A stretch of DNA of 49,591 bases from Steroidobacteraceae bacterium (GTDB lineage Bacteria; Pseudomonadota; Gammaproteobacteria; Steroidobacterales; Steroidobacteraceae): positions 1 through 49,591 of the forward strand of contig JBAVRE010000352.1 in assembly GCA_049694695.1 (NCBI GenBank). The letters are read 5' to 3'. Made by a program: the position numbers and the translations under genes. Positions within the stretch are counted from its first letter, which is position 1. Each line of letters starts with the position of its first letter. Shown here in pieces: positions 27,248 to 37,194 of this stretch. The notes below the pieces were generated by a model, which saw only the letters and a program-made list of their open reading frames with translations, was not told where the DNA came from and made no database searches.

Positions 27248-28015
27248 ATGCGTGTCATCACCCTGAACGTCAACGGCATCCGTTCGGCGACCAGCAAAGG
27301 CCTGTTTCCCTGGCTGGCGGGCCAAAAGGCCGACGTGATCTGCCTGCAGGAAGTGCGCGCCCGCGAAGATCAGTTTGCCGGCCACGAGATCGGCCTGGCC
27401 GGCTACCACGCGGCTTATTTTCCGGCCGAGCGGCCCGGCTACGCCGGCGTCGCGCTGTATTCCAGGGCGCGACCGGAACGCGTGGTGCGTGGTTTTGGTG
27501 TGGATGAATTCGATCGCGAAGGCCGTTATCTGGAAGCGCAGTTTCCGGGCTTTTCCGTGGTCTCGCTGTATCTGCCTTCCGGCTCATCGGGACCGGAGCG
27601 CCAGGCTTCGAAGTTCCGGTTTCTCGAGGCCTTCCTGCCGCATCTGCGCGCTCTGCGCCGTCGCCGTCGGCACACCATCCTGTGCGGCGACTGGAATATC
27701 GCTCACAAGGCCGTTGACCTCAGGAACTGGAAGGCCAACCAGAAGAATTCCGGCTTCCTGCCCGAAGAGCGCGCCTGGCTCGACACCCTGTTTGATGACG
27801 CGGGTTTCATCGATGCTTTTCGCAGCGTGAACACGGAACCAGATCAATACACCTGGTGGTCGAATCGCGGTGCGGCCTGGGCGAAGAACGTGGGCTGGCG
27901 CATTGACTACCAGATCACCTCGCCCGGGCTCGCGGGCGCGGTGCGCGCGGCACAGATCTACAAAGCCCAGCGCTTTTCCGATCACGCGCCGCTGATCATG
28001 GATTATGAGTTCTAG
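27248..28015 (+). CDS. xthA: exodeoxyribonuclease III
   Basis: The motifs [28 protein letters not shown] and SDHAP are ExoIII/AP-endonuclease signatures. Confidence 0.93.
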   Translation: MRVITLNVNGIRSATSKGLFPWLAGQKADVICLQEVRAREDQFAGHEIGLAGYHAAYFPAERPGYAGVALYSRARPERVVRGFGVDEFDREGRYLEAQFPGFSVVSLYLPSGSSGPERQASKFRFLEAFLPHLRALRRRRRHTILCGDWNIAHKAVDLRNWKANQKNSGFLPEERAWLDTLFDDAGFIDAFRSVNTEPDQYTWWSNRGAAWAKNVGWRIDYQITSPGLAGAVRAAQIYKAQRFSDHAPLIMDYEF

Positions 28016-29264
28016 CTCGATGCCGGTCGCCAAACCCAGACTGCGCGAGATCTTTTCCAGCCCCAAGCTGCTGGTGATCATGGCGCTCGGCGCCGCCTCC
28101 GGATTCCCCAACCAGATCACCGAGAGCGCCCTGCAGGCCTGGCTCAAGGATGCCGGCACCAGCAATACCACGATCGGACTGCTCAGTTACGTCGCCATTC
28201 CCTATCTGCTGAAATTTCTCTGGGCGCCGCTGCTCGATCGCTTCCCGCTGCCCTTGCTCGGACGCAAACGCGGCTGGATGTTCGTCATTCAGCTCAGCCT
28301 CGCACTGGCCATTGCCATGTTCGCCCTGCAGAACCCAAGCGTTTCCCTGACGGCGGTCGCGGTTACCGCACTGATCGTGGTTTTCTTCTCCGCATCCCAG
28401 GACATCGTCATAGACGCCTATCGGGCCGACGTGTCGCTACCGCATGAACGCGGGCTCGCTGCCGCGGCCAACAATCTGGGTTATCGGGCCTGTGCCTGGC
28501 TGGCCTTCGCCGCAGCACTGGTGATGGCCGACCACTTTGGCTGGCGCCTGGCCTTTCTGGTGCTGGCCGCCGTAATGGCGGTTTTTGCGCTGGTCACCTG
28601 GTTCGCGCCGGAACCTGCATACCAGGCGCCGCCGCCGACCTCGCTGCGCGAGTCGGTGCTGACGCCGCTGCGTGAACTGCTCGGTTCGCCCGGCGCACTG
28701 GGGTTGATCGGCGTGATCGTCACGTTCAAGATCGGCAACGCCCTGGCGCTCAAGCTGTTCACGCCGTTTCTGATGGACATCGGCTTCAGCAAGACCGAGA
28801 TTGGCCTGGTGGCAAAAGCGGTGCTCACCAGCAGCGCTATTGTCGGTGGCATTCTGGGCGGCTTGTGGATGATCCGTCTCGGGCTGCTGCGCTCGATGCT
28901 GCTGTTCGGTGCCATGCAGACTGTGACGACCCTGTCGTTCTACGTGCTGGCGACAGTGGGCAAGAGCTTTCCGATCATGATCGCTGCAACTGCCATCGAG
29001 AACCTGTCGGCGGCGATGGGCAATATTGCCGAGGTCGCGCTGATCATGGCGCTGTGCAATGCACGCTTCAGCGCCTTTCAATACGCGCTGCTCTCGGTGC
29101 TTGCGCTGCTGCCGCGCTATCTGCTCGGTGGCCCGGCCGGCTGGCTGGCCGATCATGGCGGCTGGAGCGTCTACTTCGTGGTCGCCTTCCTGGTCGGCCT
29201 GCCCGGACTGTTCATGGTGTGGTTGATGCGCGATCGCATCGCGGCGCTCGATGTCCAGCGTTGA
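28005..29264 (+). CDS. ampG: AmpG-family muropeptide MFS permease
   Basis: The product is a 12-TM MFS protein. The N-terminal LGAASGFPNQITESALQAWLKD and PLLDRF.LP.LGRKRGW are AmpG-like. The start may be 28005 or 28020. Confidence 0.85.
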   Translation: MSSSSMPVAKPRLREIFSSPKLLVIMALGAASGFPNQITESALQAWLKDAGTSNTTIGLLSYVAIPYLLKFLWAPLLDRFPLPLLGRKRGWMFVIQLSLALAIAMFALQNPSVSLTAVAVTALIVVFFSASQDIVIDAYRADVSLPHERGLAAAANNLGYRACAWLAFAAALVMADHFGWRLAFLVLAAVMAVFALVTWFAPEPAYQAPPPTSLRESVLTPLRELLGSPGALGLIGVIVTFKIGNALALKLFTPFLMDIGFSKTEIGLVAKAVLTSSAIVGGILGGLWMIRLGLLRSMLLFGAMQTVTTLSFYVLATVGKSFPIMIAATAIENLSAAMGNIAEVALIMALCNARFSAFQYALLSVLALLPRYLLGGPAGWLADHGGWSVYFVVAFLVGLPGLFMVWLMRDRIAALDVQR

Positions 29265-29646
29265 GATCGATCTGGAGCGCGTGCTGTGCCGGCTCGAGGA
29301 CCTGCGGGCGACAGGTTGCCGGGAATTTCGACTCGGCGGCGGCGACTGGCCGCTCAGGGGCCTGGTGCTCGACCTCGGCCCTGCAGGTGGCGCCGCTGCC
29401 GGCGTGCGCGCCTATGTCAATCGCTGCCCGCATCGCGCGCTGCCGCTGAATCTGCTGCCCGATCGCTTCCTGAGCCACGATGGCACGATGATTGTCTGCT
29501 GCATGCACGGCGCTCTGTTCGAGAAGACCACGGGCCTGTGCGTGGCTGGGCCGTGCGTTGGCGGGTCACTGACTCCCATACCGGTGTGCGTCATCGACGG
29601 GCTGGTGCTGCTGGGGGAGAGTACCGAACAGGCGCGAAGCCGGTAA
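29251..29646 (+). CDS. Rieske [2Fe-2S] domain protein
   Basis: The ligand pattern C-P-H (NRCPHRALPL) and C-x-x-H (CCMHGALF) is present in a 131-aa protein. It overlaps the ampG end by 14 nt. Confidence 0.7.
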   Translation: MSSVEIDLERVLCRLEDLRATGCREFRLGGGDWPLRGLVLDLGPAGGAAAGVRAYVNRCPHRALPLNLLPDRFLSHDGTMIVCCMHGALFEKTTGLCVAGPCVGGSLTPIPVCVIDGLVLLGESTEQARSR

Positions 29647-29655
29647 CATCGCGGG

Positions 29656-31470
29656 ATGTCACTGCTCTCACTACTTGGGGCCGAACTGGCCTACGGGCTC
29701 ACGCCGCTGCTCGATCAGGCCTCCTGCACGCTCAATGAAGGCGAGCGCATCGGCCTGATTGGCCGCAATGGCACCGGCAAGTCGACGCTGCTCAATGTCA
29801 TTGCCGGCCGCACCACGCTCGATGGCGGCGCGCTGCAGCGCCGCGAGAATCTGCGCATCGCGACCGTGGAGCAGGAGCCGCTGCTGCCTCCGGCTGCGAC
29901 GCTGCTGGAAAGCCTGCGCATCCGCGGCAATTTCGAAGCGCTCGACGACGATCGCTATCGCTGGCACACCGAAACACGGCTGGTGGAATACGCCACACGC
30001 CTCGGGCTCGACAGTTCGGTGGATCCGGCCATGGCCTCAGGCGGCGAGCGCAAGCGCGCGGCACTGGCGCTGGCCTTCGCGCTCGACCCCGATCTGCTGC
30101 TGCTCGATGAGCCGACCAATCACCTGGATCTTTCTGCCATCGCACAGCTCGAAGAGCTGCTGGCGAAAGGCCCGACGCTGGTGTTCGTCACGCATGATCG
30201 CTGGTTCCTGGATCGGGTCGCCACGCGCATACTCGAGCTCGATCGGGGCTGGTTGCGCAGCTACCCTGGCAACTACACCGCCTATGAATTGCAGAAGACC
30301 TCGGAACTCGCGGCTGAAGCGGTCGGCAAGCGCAAGTTTGATAAATTCTGGGCGCAGGAAGAAGTCTGGATTCGCCGTGGCGTCGAAGCGCGACGCACCC
30401 GCAACGAGGGTCGCGTGCGCAGGCTCGAACAGCTGCGCGTGGCGCGCGCCGAGCGGCGCGAGCGCATTGGCAATCTCCGGCTGGCCATCGATGCCAGCGA
30501 GCGCTCGGGTAAGCTGGTTGCCGAGCTCGAAGGCGTCAGCAAATATTTTGGCGATCGCGCCATCGTCAGCAATCTGAATCTGCGCCTCATGCGTGGTGAT
30601 CGGCTGGGGCTGCTGGGGCCGAACGGCGTCGGCAAGACCACGCTGCTGCGGCTGATTCTCGGCGAGACCGAACCCGATTCCGGCAGCGTGCGCCTCGGCA
30701 CTAATCTGCAGGTGGCGTATTTTGACCAGCTGCGTGCGCAGCTCGATCTCGATCAGACTGTGGCCGACACCATTTCCGCCGGCTCCGACTGGGTGGAGGT
30801 CGGCGGCGAACGTCGCCACATCAGCAGTTACCTGGCCGACTTCCTGTTCTCCGCCAAGCGCGCCGCCACCCCGGTACGGGCGCTCTCCGGCGGCGAGCGC
30901 AATCGCCTGTTGCTGGCGCGACTGTTTGCGCGACCCGCCAACGTGCTGGTGCTCGATGAGCCCACCAACGATCTGGATATCGAATCGCTGGAGCTGCTGG
31001 AATCGGCCTTGCAGTCCTTCGCGGGCACACTGCTGCTGGTCAGTCACGATCGCGTGTTCGTCGACAACGTCGTCACTCAGACTCTGGTGGCCCAGGGCGA
31101 TGGCCGCTGGCAGGAATATGTGGGCGGCTACAGCGACTGGCTGGCGCAGCGCTCGGCGCTCGCCAGCGGCGCGGCCGGCGGCGCGCCGCTGCGTGCCGGG
31201 GATTCATCCAGGCCCGCAAAAGCGGCGCGCGCCAAGCTGTCGTACAAGGATGCGCGCGAACTTGCGGCCCTGCCCGACCAGCTGGTGGCGCTCGAGAACG
31301 AGCAGCGGGCGCTGCACGAACGCATGAGTTCGCGCGACTATCATCGCGTTGACGCCGCCAGCATGCGGAGCGACAGTCTGCGTGCGGCCGCCATTGAAGT
31401 GGAGCTGCATGAAAAACTTGAGCGCTGGGAATATCTGGAGCGCCAGGCTGGCAGCAGCGCCAGGCCCTGA
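29656..31470 (+). CDS. uup: ABC-F family ATPase (Uup-like)
   Basis: It has two ABC cassettes (GRNGTGKST / GPNGVGKTT; LSGGERKRAALA / LSGGERNRLLLA), a linker and a C-terminal coiled-coil domain. There are no TM segments. Confidence 0.88.
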   Translation: MSLLSLLGAELAYGLTPLLDQASCTLNEGERIGLIGRNGTGKSTLLNVIAGRTTLDGGALQRRENLRIATVEQEPLLPPAATLLESLRIRGNFEALDDDRYRWHTETRLVEYATRLGLDSSVDPAMASGGERKRAALALAFALDPDLLLLDEPTNHLDLSAIAQLEELLAKGPTLVFVTHDRWFLDRVATRILELDRGWLRSYPGNYTAYELQKTSELAAEAVGKRKFDKFWAQEEVWIRRGVEARRTRNEGRVRRLEQLRVARAERRERIGNLRLAIDASERSGKLVAELEGVSKYFGDRAIVSNLNLRLMRGDRLGLLGPNGVGKTTLLRLILGETEPDSGSVRLGTNLQVAYFDQLRAQLDLDQTVADTISAGSDWVEVGGERRHISSYLADFLFSAKRAATPVRALSGGERNRLLLARLFARPANVLVLDEPTNDLDIESLELLESALQSFAGTLLLVSHDRVFVDNVVTQTLVAQGDGRWQEYVGGYSDWLAQRSALASGAAGGAPLRAGDSSRPAKAARAKLSYKDARELAALPDQLVALENEQRALHERMSSRDYHRVDAASMRSDSLRAAAIEVELHEKLERWEYLERQAGSSARP

Positions 31471-31494
31471 GATTCAATCAGCATGGCCGGAGCC

Positions 31495-31812
31495 TCAGGC
31501 GTTTTCGAACAGATCGAGTCCGCCGTCGCTGTTGGCATTGAGGGTGCGATCGTCCTGCGTAGGGTCGATGCCGCTGCGCTCGTCTTCGGGTTCGACGTCG
31601 ACTGAACCGTGCCAGTCTTCGGGTGGCTCGGCATCGCGGATGGCGCCGCTGGCGCGCTGGGTGTGCCAATCGTGCAGCTCGAATTCTTCCAGCGTGCCAT
31701 CGAAGAACTGCACCTCCACAGTACCCGCAGTATCGTCGATGGCGACCACTTCGAACAGCTCGTTGTCATGGAGCCGATACCAGTCGCCTATGCCAGGTTG
31801 TTGCACGGTCAT
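31495..31812 (-). CDS. small acidic conserved hypothetical protein (DUF6763-like, 105 aa)
   Basis: ATG 31810-31812 lies 7 nt after GGAGG. IGDWYR....ELFEVVAIDD..GTVEVQFFDG and an acidic tail are present. The longer track ORF has an implausible N-terminus. Confidence 0.65.
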   Translation of the reverse strand: MTVQQPGIGDWYRLHDNELFEVVAIDDTAGTVEVQFFDGTLEEFELHDWHTQRASGAIRDAEPPEDWHGSVDVEPEDERSGIDPTQDDRTLNANSDGGLDLFENA

Positions 31813-31939
31813 CGCGGCACCTCCGGACTGATGTTGCACCCGAGCGCGGCGCGGTACAAGAGCGAAATGTGTCGCCAATGAGCGCATTTGCGATAGCCGC
31901 TCACACTGGTGCGACATCGGCGTACACTGTTGCGGTGCG

Positions 31940-32635
31940 TCAGCCGCGGCGGCGATAACTGAAGTCGCTGACCGTATGGCCAAGTTGCAGTCCACGACGC
32001 TCGAAGCGTGTCAGCGCGCGCAGTGTCGCTGCGCGCGCGTCGCCCGTGCCTGGGTCCAGGCGTTCGAACAGTGGACAGGCATCGAGGACCATTTGCATGT
32101 GCTCGGCGTACGGCGCCCAGTCGGTTGCCAGCAGCAGTCGGCCGCCGCTGCGCAGGCGCATGGCCAGCAGTTCGACGAATTCGGGCTGGATAAGGCGGCG
32201 TTTGTGATGGCGTTCCTTCGGCCAGGGGTCAGGAAACAGGATCTGCACCTCGTCGAGTGCGGCGACTGCGATCTGCGCCTTGAGTACTTCGATCGCATCG
32301 TGACAGGCGACCCGAATATTGTTCAACGCTGCCGCCATCGCCGCGTTCAGCAACTGTCCGACGCCGGAGCGATGCACTTCGACACCCAGGAAGTCGCGCT
32401 CCGGTTCGGCCACGGCTCGCGCCAGCAGGTGTTCGCCGTTGCCGAAGCCGATTTCCAGGGTGCGCAGGGCGGTGCGTCCGAACAGAACGTCGAGATCGAC
32501 AGTCTGCGAGTTGAAATCGAGCCCAAAGCGCGGCCAGTATTCGCTCAGTGCGCGTGCCTGCGAATTGGTGACGCGGCCGCTGCGCCGCACGTAGGAGCGG
32601 ACAGTACGAAAGTGTGGGGGCGGCGCCTCGCTCAT
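31940..32635 (-). CDS. trmB: tRNA (guanine46-N7)-methyltransferase
   Basis: R.GR.T..Q..AL....P.FGL, LEIGFGNGE and FPDPWPK.RHHKRRL are TrmB signatures. Confidence 0.93.
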   Translation of the reverse strand: MSEAPPPHFRTVRSYVRRSGRVTNSQARALSEYWPRFGLDFNSQTVDLDVLFGRTALRTLEIGFGNGEHLLARAVAEPERDFLGVEVHRSGVGQLLNAAMAAALNNIRVACHDAIEVLKAQIAVAALDEVQILFPDPWPKERHHKRRLIQPEFVELLAMRLRSGGRLLLATDWAPYAEHMQMVLDACPLFERLDPGTGDARAATLRALTRFERRGLQLGHTVSDFSYRRRG

Positions 32636-32655
32636 CCGCCCATGGTCGGCGTTTT

Positions 32656-34080
32656 TCAGGCGGCGGTAAAGTCGCTGCCGGCAGCCAGCGGGAATCGCAA
32701 CACAATGACCAGACCACGATCCTGCTCGCCGCTGCGAACTTCGATATGCGCGTCATGCAGATCGGCGATGCGCTGCACGATTGACAGGCCGAGTCCGCTG
32801 CCGTAATCCTGACTGCCGCTTACCCGGTAGAAGCGCTCAAATATGCGCGCGCGCTCCTCGGGCGGTACCCCCGCACCCTGATCGCTGACCACCAGCTCAA
32901 CGTGCTCCTCATGCTGCGCGCAGCTGATGGTCACGCGCGACGGCGTTGGCGAATAGCGGATGGCGTTGTCGATCAGATTGCGCAGCAGAATGCCCAGCAG
33001 ATCGCGATCGCCGCGCACCATTGCCGTGGCAGCGTTGGTCTCCAGCTGTATCTGCCGGCGGGCAGCGAACGGCTGTTGTTCTTCTGCCTGTGCACACACC
33101 AGGGTCGCCAGATCGACGACCGTAAAGCGCTGCCGGGCATCGCTGCCGGTATCGAGCCGCGCCAGCGCCAGCAGCTGCTCGATCAGTCGTCCGCTGCGAT
33201 CGACACCGATGAGCAGGTCAGCGGAAGCGTTCGAAAATTCCTCCGGGCTGCGCGCGCCCTGCATGACCTGGGCGTTGGCACGTATCGCGGCCAACGGCGC
33301 ACGCAGTTCATGGGCGGCATCGGCGGTGAAGTGGCGCTCCAGATCGAGGGCCTCGCGCATGCGCTCCAGCAGGCGGTTGAGCGCAGTCAGCAACGGGGTT
33401 ACTTCCTGCGGCACATACTGCGCGTCGATGGGCCGCAGGTCGCCAGGGGTGCGCGCCGCGACCCGTTGCGCGGCGGTGCGCACCGTGCGGAAACTGTGGG
33501 CAATGATCCACCAGATCAGGACACTGCCCAATGGCAGCAATACCCCCAGGGTGGTGACCAGTCCCCAGAAGAAGGCCGGCGGCAGTTCGCGGCGATAGTG
33601 CAGCGACTCGGCGATCTGCAACAGCAGCGTGTGACCGCGATTCCAGGTAGCAAAACTGCGCCACGCCTCGCCGTCAATCCTGGCCCAGCCGAACCCGGTG
33701 GCGGTCAGCGGCATGAGTGGCGTCACTGGCGTGTCCGTGGTGCGGTAGGACGAGCGCAATTCAGGCGTCCATATCTGATAGCGAAAGGCAAACGGCCCCG
33801 GCTGGGTTTCGGCACGCAGTAGCGCTTCGCCGAGCGTTGGCCCGTGCTCTTCGATCTCGTGCTGCGCCAGTTCCAGCAGCAGCTCAGCCGTCTGGCGCAT
33901 CGATTCATCGAACAGGTGCTGGCTGGTGGTGCGCGCGCTGTAATACATCGCCGCGGCACCGGCGGCCACCAGGGCGCAGCTGACGGCTATCATCAAGGCC
34001 AGCAGGCGGCCGCGCAGCGACCAGCCGGCGGCGGACTCAGCCCGCGGCGTGTGCGGCACTAAACTGCTGAGGCTCATCAA
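32656..34080 (-). CDS. two-component sensor histidine kinase (QseC/PmrB-like architecture)
   Basis: It has two TM segments flanking a periplasmic domain. The H-box is FTADAAHELRAPL. The N box is NLIDNAIRY, and the G boxes are DQGAGV and GSGLGLSIV. Confidence 0.88.
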   Translation of the reverse strand: MMSLSSLVPHTPRAESAAGWSLRGRLLALMIAVSCALVAAGAAAMYYSARTTSQHLFDESMRQTAELLLELAQHEIEEHGPTLGEALLRAETQPGPFAFRYQIWTPELRSSYRTTDTPVTPLMPLTATGFGWARIDGEAWRSFATWNRGHTLLLQIAESLHYRRELPPAFFWGLVTTLGVLLPLGSVLIWWIIAHSFRTVRTAAQRVAARTPGDLRPIDAQYVPQEVTPLLTALNRLLERMREALDLERHFTADAAHELRAPLAAIRANAQVMQGARSPEEFSNASADLLIGVDRSGRLIEQLLALARLDTGSDARQRFTVVDLATLVCAQAEEQQPFAARRQIQLETNAATAMVRGDRDLLGILLRNLIDNAIRYSPTPSRVTISCAQHEEHVELVVSDQGAGVPPEERARIFERFYRVSGSQDYGSGLGLSIVQRIADLHDAHIEVRSGEQDRGLVIVLRFPLAAGSDFTAA

Positions 34081-34726
34081 TCATGTAGCCATGGCCGTGC
34101 ACGGTGCGAATCAGATCGCGACCGAGCTTGCGGCGCAGGTGATGTACGTGCACTTCGACCGCGTTGCTCTCGATCTCGTTGCTCCAGCTGTAGAGCGCAT
34201 CCTGCAGCTGGGTGCGGCTCAGTACCTTGCCGCGATTTTCGAGCAGTTGCATCAGCAGGGAGAATTCGCGTGCGGTCAGCGGCACGTCGACGCCAGCGAG
34301 CGCGACGCTGCGCGCCGCCGGATTGACCAGCAGGGCGCCATGCTCGATGAGGGTTTGCGCCCGACCCACCGAGCGGCGCGACGCTGCGCGCAACCGAGCG
34401 CCAAGTTCCTGCAGATCGAAGGGTTTGATCACGAAGTCGTCGGCACCGGCGTCCAGGCCCAGGATGCGATCGGGTATTTCGTCGCGCGAAGTGATGATCA
34501 GTACCGGGGTCATGCAGCCGGCAGCGCGTAACTTCTGCAGCATCGGCATGCCGCCCTGGCGCGGCAGCCCGAGATCCAGCAGCACTGCGGCGTATTCGCC
34601 CGACAGCGCCGCGCTCTCGCCAGCTACGCCATCGCGCACCCAGTCGACCGCATGACCCTGCTGCTGCAGGCCGGTCTGCACGGCCTTGCCCAGCTGCGCG
34701 TCGTCTTCAACAAGTAGCACCCGCAT
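34037..34726 (-). CDS. OmpR-family response regulator
   Basis: MRVLLVEDD, the phospho-acceptor context (VLLDLGLP) and a winged-helix C-terminus (LTAREFSLL..L, TVHGHGYMI) are present. It overlaps the kinase start by 44 nt. Confidence 0.9.
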   Translation of the reverse strand: MRVLLVEDDAQLGKAVQTGLQQQGHAVDWVRDGVAGESAALSGEYAAVLLDLGLPRQGGMPMLQKLRAAGCMTPVLIITSRDEIPDRILGLDAGADDFVIKPFDLQELGARLRAASRRSVGRAQTLIEHGALLVNPAARSVALAGVDVPLTAREFSLLMQLLENRGKVLSRTQLQDALYSWSNEIESNAVEVHVHHLRRKLGRDLIRTVHGHGYMIDEPQQFSAAHAAG

Positions 34727-34812
34727 GATTCACCTGCACCCGTGCCCGGGCTGCCATCCCAACCTAAAGCGGGGGTATTAGACACATCTTAAGGATATTC
34801 CATCAAGCGTCT

Positions 34813-35196
34813 TCAGATCAGGGTCCGCGCGGCACCGATGAGAGCGGCAATGATCAGTACAGCCACCGCTGCGAATGACAGGCTAAAGCCCGGGCCGCGT
34901 TTACTCGGCTCTTTGACATATGCCTGCGCGTACAGCGTTCGACCAACAAGATAGAGCACGCCGGTGATGGCGGCTAAACCTGGTGACCAGTACCTGGCTG
35001 CCAGCCACAGGGCGGGCAGAAAGGCGACCAGCATTTCGACGCTGTTGGCCTGCACACGAAACCAGGCCTCAAAGATGGGGTGCCCGGTAGTGGCCGGAGC
35101 CTTGATGCCATATTTGCCGCGGGCTCTGCCCACCAGCGCGCCGAAAACCAGCAATTGGACCAGTGCGAGCAAGCCGACGATGTCTACCCAGACCAT
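34813..35196 (-). CDS. MAPEG-family membrane protein (microsomal glutathione S-transferase-like)
   Basis: The product is 127 aa with 3-4 TM helices. The pattern R......FE.WFRVQ.N..E and GR..Y...Y is typical of bacterial MAPEG proteins. Confidence 0.7.
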   Translation of the reverse strand: MVWVDIVGLLALVQLLVFGALVGRARGKYGIKAPATTGHPIFEAWFRVQANSVEMLVAFLPALWLAARYWSPGLAAITGVLYLVGRTLYAQAYVKEPSKRGPGFSLSFAAVAVLIIAALIGAARTLI

Positions 35197-35375
35197 GTTG
35201 TTCCCCTTGAAGCGCTATTACCCAGCCCGGGTCCATGGTACCGCGCGCTGTGACGCAGTTCCCGCTTTCCGCGTGCACTGCTCACATGCCGTCAAAAACC
35301 TGAACCAGGCCTTAACTCCTGGTCGCCACCAGGCGACAGAATCCCCGCCAATGTGACATTAACCCGCTGGTCGGG

Positions 35376-37085
35376 ATGGCGAGGACCCAGATGGAGAGCT
35401 CAAGTTTGCAGGTACTGGATAGTCGCTCGGGCGCGCGCTGGTGTGCGCTGGTGCTTACCGCGGCGCTGCCGACGCTGGCGCTCACCGGGGCGATGCTGCT
35501 CGCCGATGCGCCACGCAGCAATCAGCTGTTCTTCGCGATAGTAGCCAGTGTAACGGTCATTCTGGCCGGCGCCGCGGCCGTGAACCTGCGGCGGCGTCAT
35601 TCCCAGCAGATCGATGGCCTGGTGGCTGCTACCCGTCGACTCGGGCGGCGTGAATTCGCGCAGGTGCCGGGTTCGGCAATGCAGGAATTTGACGAGGCCA
35701 GCGCCTGGCGGCTGGGCCAGGTTTATGCGGATGCGGCTTCGCGCCTGCGGCGTGAATTCGGCAAGCTGCATTCGGTCCTGGAAATGGATCGCTGGCTGCT
35801 ATCGGTTGGCGTCACAGAAGAGATGGTGCGTGGCGTGCTGCCCCTGATTGCCGAGGTGCTGCAGTGTCGCGCGGTCTCAGTTGTGCTGCTCGAGGAGACC
35901 TCGGGCGATAGCGCGCGCTGTTTTGATTTTATCAGCGAGTCCCGGGTGCCGATGCCGGCTCCGCGCAGCATCGCCATCAATGCCCAGCAGCTGCGTGCCG
36001 CCAGTGCCCACGAGGCCGGGCTTGAGGTGGGCGCCGTCGGCGTCGATGCCGAGGAATTCCTTGGTGGCCTGACGGCTTCTGGTGCGCAGGCTTTCCGCCT
36101 GTGTCCGCTGGAATATCGCGACCAGGTGTGTGGCTTTCTGTGCGTGGGCTACCGGGTCGATGCGCATGCCCAGGAAGATGCGGGTCTTGGCGCCAATGAC
36201 ATTGCCGATCGCCTGGGGCTGGCGCTGGCCGGTCGCGCGTCGGGCCCGCAGCTCGCGCCGCCAATCGAAGCTAACGTGTCACCACCCGCCAGGACGCGCT
36301 CACCGCTTGAAACCGGCATGCAGCGCGCGCTGCAGCGCGAAGAATTCGCTCTCGCCTACCAGCCGATCGTGAGCGCCCATTCGCGCCACGTCAGCGCTGT
36401 CGAAGCGCTGGTGCGCTGGCCCAACGGCAGCGATGGCAGCAGCCGGCTGGCAGCGGAATTCATTCCGGTCGCGGAAGAGAGCGGCCTGATTGTGGATCTG
36501 GGCGATTGGGTGCTGCGCGCCGCCTGTGCCCAGTTTGACAGCTGGCAGCGCAGCGGTCTGACCCTGGACTACATCGCCGTCAATGTTTCGGCACGGCAGC
36601 TGCGCCACTCCGGGTTGCTCGCGACGGTGCTCGCCTGCCTGCAGCGCAGCAGCATGCAGCCCTCGCAGCTGCAGCTCGAGATTACCGAAAGCATGTTGCA
36701 GGAAGGGCCGCAGGCGGTGGCCCTGCTGCGCGAGCTGGCGCAGCGCGGCGTGCGCCTTGCCCTGGATGATTTCGGCGATGGCAATTCATCCCTGAGCGCG
36801 GTCCGTGATCTGCCGGTTAGCGCGCTCAAGATCGACCGTTCCTGCGTCGCCGGCCTCACTGTTAACGAATCGGTGCGCTCACTGGTGCGCGCGGTGATCG
36901 GCATGGGCGCCGCGACTGGCAAGCTCGTGATCGCCGAGGGCGTCGAACAGGCCGGACAGCTCGAATTCCTGGAGGCGGCGGGTTGCGATGCCCTGCAGGG
37001 CTTCCTGTTTTCCCCGGCGCTGGCGGCGGCGGAGATTCCGGGGTTCGTGGCCTCGTACACCGAAGCGCCCAGCATGGTGGCCTGA
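35376..37085 (+). CDS. membrane-anchored GAF-like / EAL-domain cyclic-di-GMP phosphodiesterase
   Basis: EAL-domain catalytic motifs are intact (YQPIV, EALVRW, NVSARQL, EITES, DDFGDGNSSL, KIDRS, AEGVE, LQGFLFS). No GG(D/E)EF string appears in the translation. It has two N-terminal TM helices. The start may be ATG 35391, which follows GAGGA. Confidence 0.85.
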   Translation: MARTQMESSSLQVLDSRSGARWCALVLTAALPTLALTGAMLLADAPRSNQLFFAIVASVTVILAGAAAVNLRRRHSQQIDGLVAATRRLGRREFAQVPGSAMQEFDEASAWRLGQVYADAASRLRREFGKLHSVLEMDRWLLSVGVTEEMVRGVLPLIAEVLQCRAVSVVLLEETSGDSARCFDFISESRVPMPAPRSIAINAQQLRAASAHEAGLEVGAVGVDAEEFLGGLTASGAQAFRLCPLEYRDQVCGFLCVGYRVDAHAQEDAGLGANDIADRLGLALAGRASGPQLAPPIEANVSPPARTRSPLETGMQRALQREEFALAYQPIVSAHSRHVSAVEALVRWPNGSDGSSRLAAEFIPVAEESGLIVDLGDWVLRAACAQFDSWQRSGLTLDYIAVNVSARQLRHSGLLATVLACLQRSSMQPSQLQLEITESMLQEGPQAVALLRELAQRGVRLALDDFGDGNSSLSAVRDLPVSALKIDRSCVAGLTVNESVRSLVRAVIGMGAATGKLVIAEGVEQAGQLEFLEAAGCDALQGFLFSPALAAAEIPGFVASYTEAPSMVA

Positions 37086-37194
37086 CACATGATCGCAGGA
37101 TCGTTGGTCGCTGCCGACAATTGTCAGCCCGAGATCGGCCGCCTATGATCGGCCGCAGCTGCCGGACAATTGGCCGCCGGCGCGGAGAGCGACA

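Noticed and set aside
20345-28015. The concentration of DNA-repair genes (alkA-like, mutM, radC, dut, xthA, and later mutY) as a dedicated repair island.
   Set aside because: The genes are separated by unrelated housekeeping genes, lie in different transcription units on both strands, and each sits in a synteny context known from other gammaproteobacteria. This is best explained as ordinary core-genome layout.
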